Source: Balamuthia mandrillaris
Taxonomy: Eukaryota
NCBI GenBank assembly: GCA_031835245.2
Contig: JAVKOQ020000044.1
Span: 1-64,000 of the forward strand
DNA: 64,000 nucleotides
Direction: 5' to 3'
Numbering within the stretch: position 1 is the first letter of the stretch; the number at the start of each line of letters is the position of its first letter. The notes beneath the pieces are model-generated. The model made no database searches, was not told the DNA's origin, and saw nothing but the letters and a program-made list of their open reading frames with translations. Below are positions 1-10,537 of this stretch, piece after piece. The position numbers and the translations under genes were made by a program.

Positions 1-7
1 CAAAAAT

Positions 8-89
8 GGTAGATATCCCACCCCACGACCATAAACTTCCCACCCCACCGATAAAAATTCCACCCCTCAGGTAAAAGTCCCATCCTATT
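8..89 (+). repeat. Left TIR: four ~20-bp units (TAAAnnTCCCACCCC-like)
   Basis: Reverse complement aligns without gaps to 3631-3712 at about 62/82 identity (manual count). Confidence 0.85.
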
Positions 90-642
90 AGGGTGACATG
101 AATTATGAGTAACTCTATCGTTACATTGCTACTGTGTTTCTCTTTGCTTGGCGAGAGGAATAACCGTTGTAAAAGAAACTGGTCAGGAATTGAAAGCATG
201 CTGTATCCTTGGTCAACGGTTATTCCTCTCAGCATTCTTGCCCGCCATACTTTTCTTTTTGTTCCCGCCTTTTTTTTTCAATAACGTTACCGTTACTTTT
301 TCTTGGGTTGTAACAAGGTCTTCTTCTTTAACTTTTTTCTTTCAACTAGAAACAGCTACACACAACCATCACACACCTTTTTTGTTTGTTTGGCTTTTTG
401 GTTTTTCCTTTTTTTTTTTCTCATTATGGAACCGAAGAAAAAAAGATTTGCCGAGATTTACGGGTGGATTTTTGAACGAAAAAGGTCCAGTAGTCTCACT
501 TAGTCAGCACAATAGCAGATAAGAGTCCCACCCTTGACACGGAGTCCTGTAATGCTGGAGATCAACTCGTGGGCTTACAAAGCGAACAGGAGTGAAGGTG
601 CTTAGTAATCCTCGCACCACCCTTGAAGGAGTGAAAGTGTAG

Positions 643-2988
643 GTGGCACCAACAGTCAAGAAGGCGAAGAATGGAGTCCTTGAGGTTGCACTCAGCGAGA
701 ATCTTCACTGCTCTGGCGGCTTTGCCTGTGCTCCTCCAAGCAGAAAGAAAAACAAAAAAATAAAGGACTGTGGAGTGCAAAGCCGTTGGGTGGTGTTTAG
801 AGACGAGCTAAACACTGCCTACATCTACATCCAGAAGGAAGCCCAAAGCCACGGACCTGGGTTTTGTGCGCCTTCTGCAATGCCTATGACGCCTGCGCTT
901 CGACAGTGGCTCCGCCAGATGGATGGGCAAGGAGCAAAAGAAGACGGGATGAAAGGGAGGGGAGGAGCAATGACGGCGCATGAGCTGCAACAACTGTTGC
1001 TGGGGGGCGCTTGCGAGCTGGTCAAGGATGCTCGTGATGTACCAACTGTGCAGGAGATTGCCACCGTAATCCACAACGGAAGGAAAAAACTGCGAATCGG
1101 CAAGAAAGGCCAAACCAGAGCAGAAGCCCTCCAAGAGGCCTTGAATCGACCCGAGCTGGCTTCCACTATCCTTTTTCCACCTTTGGAGAGCCGTGAAACG
1201 TACATCCTTGATCGCACTGCAGCCCATCGGCCATGGATGATTTTTCTGATCGCGCCTTATGCAGTCACTGTGCTTCAGCGATGGGGTAAGGATGTAGTCG
1301 GCCTGGACAGCATCTACAAGCTATCCAAGTCACATCATCCTGTTTGGGCACTGGTGGTGCAAGATGACTTGGGACGGAGCTGGCCTGTTGCCTTCGCTGT
1401 TGCTAGCAAGGAACGAGCTGCAGTTGTGCGCTTTTTTCTTTCGTCCGTTCGTCACTTTTTTGAGACACAGACCACAACGATCTACTCCCCGAACACTACG
1501 TGGCAACCCTTTGTAATGATCGACAAAGACAAGGTGGAGCGCAACGGGGCGACAAGCGCTGGCTTTCAGGTGTTGTTGTGCGACTTTCATACGCAACAAC
1601 TGTGGAGAAAAAAAGTTGCACAGTATGGTTTGTTCTCTCTTTCATGCATGCATCTGCTCTCTTGCTCTCATTGTTCATACAAGTAGAAACTAACAATAAT
1701 ACCAAACAACAAGGGAAGGATGATGGAAGTGTGTTGGGTTTATTAAAAAGACTGCAACACGCCATGACAGAAGAAGCAGAGGAAGAAGCAACCAAGGTGT
1801 TGCAGAACTATTGCCAAAAAAAGAGGATTACCCGTTTCTGGAAGTACTTTGACAAGAACTGGCTTTCTCCTCCATGGGCATCAACGTGGAAAAGCATTGG
1901 TCGTCCGGGGCACCGAGAGGGCTTGTGGAATACCAACAATGCAACAGAGACTATCTTTCGGAGTGTTCTCCGTGATTTCCACTGCAAGGGCACCAAAGGG
2001 GACCACAACTTGGTCTTAACGTTAGCAGACAATGTGTTTCGGCGCTACAATGTAGAGCTCAACCGCATCAACGTGCAACAGCAACGCCCAAGCCGTGGTG
2101 TTCGCCGGCTGTGGAGGAGATATCAAGAGGGATTGCGGCTGGCACAGCACCAACAGAGTGAGAAACAGAAAAAAAAAAAAAGCAGAAACAGAGAAAGACA
2201 GCAATAGCGATGATGACAACAATGACAGAGAGGAAAAAGAGGCAGAAGGAGAAGGATTGAACGCACATTTTGTGGAGCTTGCTGACGGCGTTTTCAAATG
2301 GAACGAGTACGATGTGAGTATAGAATCGCCTTCATGCACCTGTCCTTACTTTCGGTATTATGGTAGGAGGTGCAAACATGTTTTTGGACTTGCTGCTCAT
2401 CTACAGAAAACATTTTCAGATCAGAACCTTTTAGAGCTTGGACTGAAAAGACAAACAAGACGCACCAACAGCAGCACCTCAAAAGTGGCAAGAATGGTTG
2501 AAGACGAGATTGTTGAAGCAGATGATGCTGACTTGCTGGAGCAACGTGTAGCGCCTGTTACCCTTGATGATGAAGATGAGGAAGGAGAGGAGGGCCATGA
2601 ACAGGAAGAGGAAAGGCCGACCCTGCTACTGTTGGAGGAGCCATCGATGGATGAACTTGGTGAGGACGACGGCGGAGATCTTGAGGAAGAACCTTCTGAA
2701 GGAGAAGAACACAACAATAAGAAAGAAGAGAAGGAGGAGAAGGAGGAGAAGGAGGAGGAGGAGAAGGAAAAGGAGAAAGACAAACTGAATGCAAACAAAA
2801 ATCAAGGAACAAAGCATCAACATCCAGTGGAGCCAAAAATCGAGTACTCTAGCAAGCAAGAAGCAGAACAAGCAATCGCATATGCTACAGGGAAGTCATC
2901 ACCTGGGAGGCCGCGAAATACAACAAAGAGGCCGAAAGTAGCAACCAACCTGCGACTCACAGAAGAATGTTTGCTTGAATTAAGTTAG
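643..2988 (+). pseudogene. MULE transposase (DDE + CxxH + SWIM + AT-hook-like), frameshifted as assembled
   Basis: GLDSIYK...VMIDKD...LLCDFH; GT-AG intron 1628-1683 joins in frame to WKYFDKNW...NTNNATE; SWIM motif CTCPYFRYYGRRCKH; PGRPR. +1 shift at A13 run 2169-2181; in-frame TAG at 640-642 upstream, so the true start is unresolved. Confidence 0.85.
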
Positions 2989-3124
2989 TATCTCTTTTTT
3001 TTAATCAAAATCTCTCCCTCCTTTCCTACTTTTAGCTAACACCTCACACAAACACCAGAAACCGAACGTACCTTTCAATCAAATTTAACAAAACCTGAAA
3101 CAAACAAAGAAAAAGGCAGCGGCG

Positions 3125-3520
3125 GTGGCGGCGGCTGCACCAAAAAAACAACAAAATAAAAAAACAAAAACGCAAAGTGGTATGTTTGTCACTTTTTGTA
3201 TCAAGCAGATTCTTTTTCTGAAGTTGATTTTTGTCATTTTTGAAGAGTGCAAAGCAAAGCGTACCTCTAAATGGCAAAAGAACTGTAAAACGGAAGAGAT
3301 CTATGGCGTCGCACCCGTGGTGAACTACCAGGATCCCCGAGTGGACAAAAGGAAGCCTCTCTCTCAAAAACGACAACTGAAGCCCAACCCACGGTACCAG
3401 AAAACACAGGTCGTGAAGCTCCTCTCTCCTCAAAAAAAAGAACAGAACGAAGAAAAGGTGCCCAGCGTGACAAAGAAAAGACTGGCCAAAAGAACAAAAC
3501 GAAAAAAAAAAGCCCCCTAA
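3125..3520 (+). pseudogene. Lys-rich probable terminal exon(s) of the transposase
   Basis: Inside the TIRs, after a GT donor near 2984; basic low-complexity ORF with an upstream in-frame TAA. Confidence 0.4.
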
Positions 3521-3630
3521 AAAATAAATTTTTTATTTTTCTGATCCCTTTTCTCCACTCTCTAAAATAATGGCCAGCGCACGCTTTGGTGGCAAAATAG
3601 CACAAAAATAATAGGTTGTTATAAATACAT

Positions 3631-3713
3631 ATTAGGGTGGGTAAATTACCTGAGGGGTGGGACGTTTACCGAAGGGGTGGGACTTTTAGCGTTGTGGGGT
3701 GGGACGTTTACCC
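3631..3713 (-). repeat. Right TIR: four ~20-bp units (GGGGTGGGAcgTTTA)
   Basis: Tandem units directly visible; inverted relative to 8-89. Confidence 0.85.
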
Positions 3714-6102
3714 GATTCCTGAAGCAACATTTCGCGGAAGCTCCGTGCTTCAGCAGCGCTTCCATGACAGGAGCTTGCAGATTCGATTCAGAAGCGGCAG
3801 CAAAAATGAGAGGAACAGGATCATCCACCGAATACATTATCTTATCTAACGACATTGAGGAAGAAGAAGCAGAAGAAGAAGAAGCGGATTGTAATTTTTG
3901 CTGCTTTTCAAAGAACTGCAGCAATTTGGAGAACTGAGAGATTCCTTCTCCAGATAAGGAGCACATCATCATCATAATAGCCAACGGATGAAGACCCGTG
4001 GTGGATCTCACCCTGAAGCCATACGATATTGAAGTAACAGAATAAAAATAACTATAAGCTTTGTCCTCAGGAGAAGTAGTAGAAAAAGAAGTTGAAGGAG
4101 GTGTCCAATTGATATCGAAGTTGGTAGCGTGTTTGAGGAGATAGTCGAGCTCGGGCCAAGCTTTGCGATGAATAATTTCTCGAAAGAGAAAAGCACCGTA
4201 GCAGTCGTCCAATCGGTGAACATCTCCGTCTACGTGTTCCATTAGAGTGGTTAATAGAACCGTCCGCTTCTCTTCTCCTGTGGAGAAGAGGTGTTTGATG
4301 ACAGGGACACGAAGCCCTGATTGTTGCTCCGCTTTGTCCGCTGTCTCTTCCTCTTTTTCTTTGGCTTTTTCTTCATGCACCTGCTCTTGTTCCATCGCTT
4401 TAAGCTGTTCTTCTGGTTTCTCGTTCGCTTTCGTTTGTTCTACTTCTTCTCCGTTTTCTTCTTTTTCCTTTCCCTTCATGTTTGCCTCCTGTTCGGTTCC
4501 TTCTTCTTTCATCTCCTCTGGTGTTGCTTCTTCCTCCGCCATTTTCTTCTTTTCTTTCATTTCTTCCTGTCTTTTTGCTTCATCTTCTTCTCGTTCCTTC
4601 TGTAGCTGTTCCTTCTTTGATGGCTCAAACAAGGAAGCCTTCCTTTCCAACATCATCTTCATGATGTCCACTCCCGAATTAACAATCACTAGCCCAAGTG
4701 CTGTCTTTGGCTTGTCCTTGTTTGAACTGCTGTCAAAAGAACGCGAAGGATAACGAACGATCGCGTCTACATCTGCTCCTTTTATCTCCAACAACCAACT
4801 CACAGCTTCCTTGTCGTTGCGAGTGCAAGCGAGGTGCAGTGCCGTCATTCCTTGTGCGTCTCGATGCTCGATGGAGAGACCAAACTTGAGAAGAAGAAAG
4901 TCAGCTAGCTCCCACGCAAAGGCAGAGGGAATCGAGATTCCTCGATTGGGTAACATCAACAGGGAGAGAGGATTGCCTCCGCAGAGGGCCAAAAACTCGT
5001 TACGATGATGGTCCACCACGTCCTGAAGAAGGTCCAAGTCTAACGGTGAGTCAGCAGAGCTGTCATTTATAGTTGTTGTTTGCTTCTCTTCTTCTGTTTC
5101 TTTCTTATCTTTCTCTTCTTCTTTTTCGACTTTTGGAGGTTCGTTCTTTTCGTTGTGTTTGTTGGTGAGGGCACGAAAGTCAAAGGTAATCCCCTTACGC
5201 ACGAGAAGAAGGAGTTGAGCTTGTAGCTTTTGAACTGGAGTTTGATTCTTCTTTGGTATATCTGTTTTTTTTTTTTTGTTTAATGAATGGAAAGAATGCA
5301 AGAATGAGCAGGTAAGGAAGTAAAATACGGGTACTCACCGAAAGAAGAGCTCCCGCCGTAGTTGGGCTTTTTTTGTTTATCGTCTGCCGTCATTTTTTTT
5401 TTCAGCAATACAAAAAAAGATGTGAGAGAAAAAGAAAAAGAAAGAGAAAGAGAAACGACGAAAGAGAGAGGACAAAAAAAAAAATAATAACAAAATAACA
5501 AAAAAAACAAACCAATTATTTTCTTGTAGGCAACGCGGTTGTCCGGGTCCGGGTGCCAATGCTTCTGTATCTTGCTGAGTATGCGCGCCCTGGTGTAAGT
5601 GGACGGCAAGCACTGCGCCAGAATGGACCGCAACTGCGTAACGGTCACATAACCTTTTTTTTTTGTGTTTACGATTATTTTGTTGTTAGAAAGAACATCG
5701 AAGAAAGAAGAAGACGCACAAGAGAGAAAGAGAGATACCAGTGCGGCGACGATCTTTGAGTTGACAATAGGATTTGAGCTTGGCGGCGGGTAAATCCCGG
5801 TAGAAGCAATTGCTGAGGGTTTCGGGTTCGGCCGCGGCGGTGGTGGTGGTTGGAGCGGAGGAGGAGGAGGAGGAAGCATCGGCAGCAGCAGCTGTTGTTG
5901 TTGTTGCGGTGGTTGAGGAAGAGGAGGAGGAGGAGGCAGAAGATTTTTGGCGCTTGCGGCTCCCTCCCTTGGGTTGGACTTCCGTTTTGGGTTGTTTCGG
6001 AGGCTTGGTGCTTGGTGCCTTTCCGCCGTCAGGAGCAGCGCTGGGCGTAAGCTTGTGCGGCGCCTTTCGCTTTCGGGTAGACCTCCTTGGTTGGGACGAC
6101 AT
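3646..6102 (-). CDS. Degenerate EF-hand pair + ankyrin-repeat protein, 3' end running into the TIR
   Basis: Multi-exon. KDRRRTGYVTVTQLRSIL (EF-hand-like after splicing); DAQGMTALHLAC...LLEIKGADVD and ALLKHGA (ankyrin). Last ~22 codons are TIR sequence. Confidence 0.7.
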
Positions 6103-6334
6103 CTCGGCAGTGCTCCCACCCGCTGCTCTGTTGCCACTACTCGCTTGCCCGCTACCGCTTTTTTCTCTCCTTTTTCTGTTCTTTGTTTGATTTGTTTTTT
6201 TTTTGGGCTGGTGAGTTTCTCCATGTCGTCGTGGTAGTTATTCGTGTCGTCATGGATTCAGTCGACAGTAATGCCAAATCATCCGCGAAAACATTCTTGG
6301 AATAATTTTGGTGGTGGTGCAATCCGAAAAATAT

Positions 6335-6969
6335 ATGGAGCAAGTGGAGAAGAAAAAGAGAGGCACAGAGAGGAGAAAACAAAGAGAAGGCACAGAGAAA
6401 AGAGCGCAAACGGACTCTCGAGAGTCCTCACAGAATGAACAACGAACGGGAGAGACTCACCATTTTGGCTACTCCTCCGTTGTTGATGACAACAAAAACA
6501 TGGAGCAAAGGAGAGCGTGGCAGCAGCCAGGACTTACCGTCGCTCCTTCTCCTGCAGCTTAACCCGAATTCCGGCACATGTTCTTCTTGCGCTGGACTTG
6601 TCCCTCCCTGCCAACCTTGAAGTGGACCCAACTGCAGCTCCACCCCTCACCGCTAAATAAGTGGCCATGCATTGCTGCAGAGTGCACGTCTGACTGTCCC
6701 AGGGACATCCATTGGCTCTTGCCCATTGCAGCAATTCCAAATGCCCAGCGCCAGCAGCACAAGTACGCTCGTCCCAGGGACACCCTCTGTCTCTGGCCCA
6801 TTGCAGCACCGCCAGATGGCCACCGAAAGCAGCTCTTAATGCTGTTTCGTTGGGGGACCAAGGGAATCCATTGGCTACTGTCCATCGCAGCACGTCCAGG
6901 TTGCCTTCGCTGGCAGCCCCATTCCTTATGTCATTATTCTGGGCGCGAGATCATGGGTGCCCTGAATGA
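6335..6969 (+). pseudogene. F-box/GCPW-ankyrin paralog with internal inversion (6656-6938) and frameshifts
   Basis: 6499-6640 is highly similar to the reverse complement of ~7436-7580; GCPW repeats lie on the - strand at 6660-6935; the terminal WARDHGCPE* is back on +. Confidence 0.85.
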
Positions 6970-7093
6970 GAACAGAGGTGTGCATCACATCGCATTCCAG
7001 GAGGAACTCTCTTCTCCTCCTTCTTCCACTTCTGGGAAACCTGCATGACATAAGCTTTGATAAAACACTTCTTGAACAGCTGTTCAACTTGTA

Positions 7094-7843
7094 TTAAGGA
7101 CAACTGTGATCTCTAGCCCATTTCAACACCTCCTCATGTCCACCTTCTGCAGCCAGAACGCAAGTCCTCTCGTCCCAACGGCATCCATTCTCTCTCGCCC
7201 ATTTCAGCACTTCCAAATGGCCGTTCTTCGCAGCGTTCGCACAAGTCTCTTCGCTCCAAGGGCACCCATTCTCTCTGGCCCATTGCAGCACCGCCAAGTG
7301 ACCGTTGGCGGCCGCCCTGTTGCAGGTTTTGCTGTCCCATGGGCAGCCGTTCTCTCTGGCCCATTGCAGCACTTGCAGGCTGCCGCTGTCGGCAGCTGCC
7401 TCGCAAAGGTTGCTCTTCCACCCAACAAGCGCGGAGAGCTGGGCTTTCACCCACAGCAAGGCGGGCAGGGAGCGACAAGCCCAGCGCAAGGAGAACATGT
7501 GCCGGAATCGGGGAGGGCTGCAGGAGAACCAGCGACGGCAAGTCCTGGCCGCTGCCGCCACGCTCTCCTTTGGTAGCATGTTCAGCGTGTGGCAGAGCAA
7601 CTCCTCCGGCAACAGTTCTTCCATCGGGCAACCCACCTCCTCCATTATTATGACTACATTGGTCTGGGAGTCCGCGCTCAACGAGCCATGCTTCTGTTTC
7701 TTCTTCTTAAGGCACGTAGGCTGGTCCTCGCTCAGCAACCCGCAGTTATGCGTGCTTCTGCTGTTCGTTGGGTCGTCGCGCTGTTGCAGGCATGCAGCCC
7801 GCCGGCCTTCTTCCGTTCGCTTGCGTTCCGTCGTTGCTGCCAT
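7094..7843 (-). CDS. F-box + GCPW-type ankyrin-repeat protein, intronless
   Basis: LLPEELLCHTLNML...RTCRRW F-box followed by four AAxxGHLxVLxWARENGCPW-type repeats. Confidence 0.9.
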   Translation of the reverse strand: MAATTERKRTEEGRRAACLQQRDDPTNSRSTHNCGLLSEDQPTCLKKKKQKHGSLSADSQTNVVIIMEEVGCPMEELLPEELLCHTLNMLPKESVAAAARTCRRWFSCSPPRFRHMFSLRWACRSLPALLWVKAQLSALVGWKSNLCEAAADSGSLQVLQWARENGCPWDSKTCNRAAANGHLAVLQWARENGCPWSEETCANAAKNGHLEVLKWARENGCRWDERTCVLAAEGGHEEVLKWARDHSCP

Positions 7844-7856
7844 TCATGTTACATTT

Positions 7857-7928
7857 CATGTCGTCCTGATGTATAATCATGTCGTCCTGATGTATTATCA
7901 TGTCGTCCTGATGTATAATCATGTCGTC
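7857..7928 (+). repeat. 21-bp tandem repeat CATGTCGTCCTGATGTATAAT, ~3.4 copies
   Basis: Directly visible; fills most of the gap between the divergent start codons at 7843 and 7921. Confidence 0.95.
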
Positions 7929-8774
7929 ATGGTTTGATCTCCAAACAAAAATGAGAAGAAAGCTGAACGAAGGAACACCATGGCTGGTCTACGCTGAAGA
8001 GGAGGAGCAGGAGGAGGAGGGAGGTGGTGGTTGTTGCCTGCTGGACGTGGAAGCCCTCCTCAACGCCTCCTACCAACGCCACAGCCACGTGCCGCGCCCT
8101 TGGCTCACCCCTTACTTTCCCCAAAAACAAAAGCCCGAAGCCGGTGAGGAGATGAAGGGAGAGGAAGAAGCGATCGGAAGAGGAGAGAACGGAAGAGGAG
8201 GAGAAGAAGAGAGAGAAGAAGGCGAACAGCAAGAAAGAAACAAAAAACGAAAGAGACGGCCATCCTCATCCTCGCGAGTGGCGTTGAGTCGCAGCGAGCA
8301 AGAAACGGAGGCACGGCATCGGGCCATCGCTCCTCTCCTCCAACGCGCTCACCTGGCTTGCCTGCAGCACTGGCCGCAGCAATGGACGCTGCCACAAGCC
8401 CTTGCCTCGCAAGAAGAAGAAAAAGAAGAAGAAGTAGCGGTGGTGGATTTGTTGGCGTGGGGTCAAACCATGAGCAGCATGCTTCGCTTTGCCTCCGTTG
8501 AGGAAGAAGAGGAAGAAGGAGAAGAGGAAGCCAAAGAGAGGGTGATGACGATGGAGGAGGCGTTGAAGGAGGACCCGTCGTTGGCGTTTGGGAGGAGAGT
8601 CCTTTCCACCGTGACGAAGGGAAGTGAGGAGGCGGAGGAAGAGGAGGAAGAGGAAACGGTAATCTCTCTGCTGGGTGGTCGATTTGTACTCCCTCCCTGC
8701 TCTGCTTTCCTCATGGTTTGCTTTTCTCTTTTCTCGTCTCTCTTCTTCTCTCTCTCTCTTCTCCCTCTCTTCTC

Positions 8775-8813
<39 letters not shown>

Positions 8814-10241
8814 TTCTCTTCTCTCTCTTCTCTCTCATCTCTCGTTCTCTCCTCGCTGCTTCTCTCTCTCAATTATAGGCTTCATACTATCTTTGCTCAT
8901 TGTGCATAATCAAAAGGCAGATGTGAGACAAGTCAGCAACGCAGAGGATGGTCCCAACCAAGACAAAGGGAAAAAGCGGCAGAAGAAGCAAAAGAAGGAG
9001 AACAACGAGAGGGAGGAGGAAGCAGAGCATGACCATAACCTGTTGGGCAGGAGACAGCTGCAACAGTTGCGCGCTGTGACAGGATCGAACGATGGATACC
9101 GCTTGGTTGTGATGGATCCTCCTTGGGAAAATAAGAGGTTTGAGACAAGTTCTTTCTCTGTTTCCGTTTCTCTCTTTTATGTTTCTGTTATAATGGTCTT
9201 TCTCGAAATGTTTCTCTCTGACTCAATTCTTCATCTTCACATAGTGTTCGCCGTTCTCAAAAGTGAGTCCAACTCTCTTTGTCACCTTCTTTTCCTTTTC
9301 TCTCTCTCTTATTTATCTCTTTGTCTCTGCCGATGCAGATACCCAACATTGCCACCACATGAAATCGCCGCGTTGCCTATACCTCAACTTGCTTCCTCTC
9401 ATGGTATGGAGAACAAACCACACCAAACAAACTGCAAATAGAGAAGAAACAACTCTTAACTATTTCTCCAAAACAGGTTGCTTGGTTGTGGTGTGGGTCA
9501 CCAACAAAATCAGCTTTCAAAACTTCATTAAGAAGACGTTGTTTCGGAAATGGAATGCAACGTATTTAGCTACTTGGTACTGGCTCAAGGTAAAGCTGCA
9601 TTCTCTCTTACTCTGTTCTCTATCTCCTTTCTCTCGTTTGAAATGGTTGCTGAACGATCAGCAGGTAACTATGAGTGGCGACTTGGTGATACCGCTAGCC
9701 TCTGTTCATAGAAAGCCTTATGGTTTGTTGCTCCGTTTTGTCGTTTCTCTTCTCCATTGGTTAATGGAAGATAGAACGCTAACTCATCGCAAAGAACCGT
9801 TTATTATCGGATATATACCTCCTGAACAGAAAGAAGGGAAACATGTCGCAGCACCATCATTGCCCGAAAACTTTGTTGTTTGTAGCGTCGCAGATAAAGA
9901 CGCCCGGAAGCCACCGCTGCAAGGTATCTTCTCTGTCTTTTATATTCTCATCTTTCTCCTCCCTCTGCTATCGCTCTCTTAAAAGGTTTTATTTCAACAA
10001 AACAAAATCAGAATTGTTGAAACCGTATATCGGCAACGCTAGCGAGGTCAGCAGGCGTGACCCTTTCTGTTTGGAGCTGTTTGCTCGCAACTTAAACCGC
10101 AATTGTACTTCTTGGGGTACGTCTTCTCCCTCCTTCTCCTTCCTGCTTCTTTTCTGATGTTTTTTAAACACTAAAGGCAACCAAGCATTGATGTTTCAAC
10201 AAGTTGGAAAGTTCCTGAAACAAGTAAATAACAGCAAATAA
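7921..10241 (+). CDS. METTL4: MT-A70 family N6-adenine methyltransferase, METTL4-like
   Basis: VVMDPPWENK, VWVTNK, TWYWLKVT, HRKPYE, RKPPL, CLELFARNL..SWGNQ across several exons; 18-nt micro-exon 9245-9262. Confidence 0.88.
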
Positions 10242-10276
10242 GAGTTCCATTCCCTCTCATCGTTTCTCTTTCGTCG

Positions 10277-10341
10277 TTTCTCTTTCTCTTTCTCTTTCTC
10301 TTTCTCTTTCTCTTTCTCTTTCTCTTTCTCTTTCTCTTTCT
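10277..10341. repeat. (TTTCTC)n microsatellite
   Basis: Directly visible. Confidence 0.95.
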
Positions 10342-10344
10342 CTT

Positions 10345-10455
10345 TCTCTTTCTCTTTCTCTTACGCATTTCAGCAGCTTGAAGTCTCCTCGCCTTAGCCT
10401 CGTCGGCCGATCCACTCGTTCCCCGCTTCGTTACCAAGGGCACCCATTCTCTCCG
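10345..10455 (-). pseudogene. Short relic of a GCPW-ankyrin repeat
   Basis: 10434-10453 is identical to 7256-7275 (20 nt); reads ENGCPW*...GDFKLLKCVRE in frame. Confidence 0.5.
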
Positions 10456-10537
10456 GTGACCTCTTCCGCAAGAGAGAAAGGAGAGAAGCAAAGAGCAGAT
10501 TGAGAAAAAAAAAAAAGAGATTTCCGTTTTATTGTTT

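Larger units (their letters stand above)
8..3713 (+). mobile_element. Mutator-like (MULE) DNA transposon, probably decayed
   Basis: Imperfect inverted repeats at 8-89 and 3631-3713 bracket a DDE transposase with SWIM finger. No TSD visible; the left end may extend beyond the window. Confidence 0.85.

Noticed and set aside
6335..7843. Endogenous giant-virus region
   Set aside because: No viral hallmark genes (capsid, packaging ATPase, polymerase) in the window; only a family shared with viruses.
7857..7928. 21-bp repeats as a CRISPR-like array
   Set aside because: Head-to-tail with no spacers, no cas genes, eukaryotic context.
643..10241. Transposase + methyltransferase as one mobile or defence system
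   Set aside because: METTL4 lies well outside the TIRs and looks like a normal intron-rich host gene.
10171..10491. Poly-KR ORF
   Set aside because: Translation of the (TTTCTC)n microsatellite.
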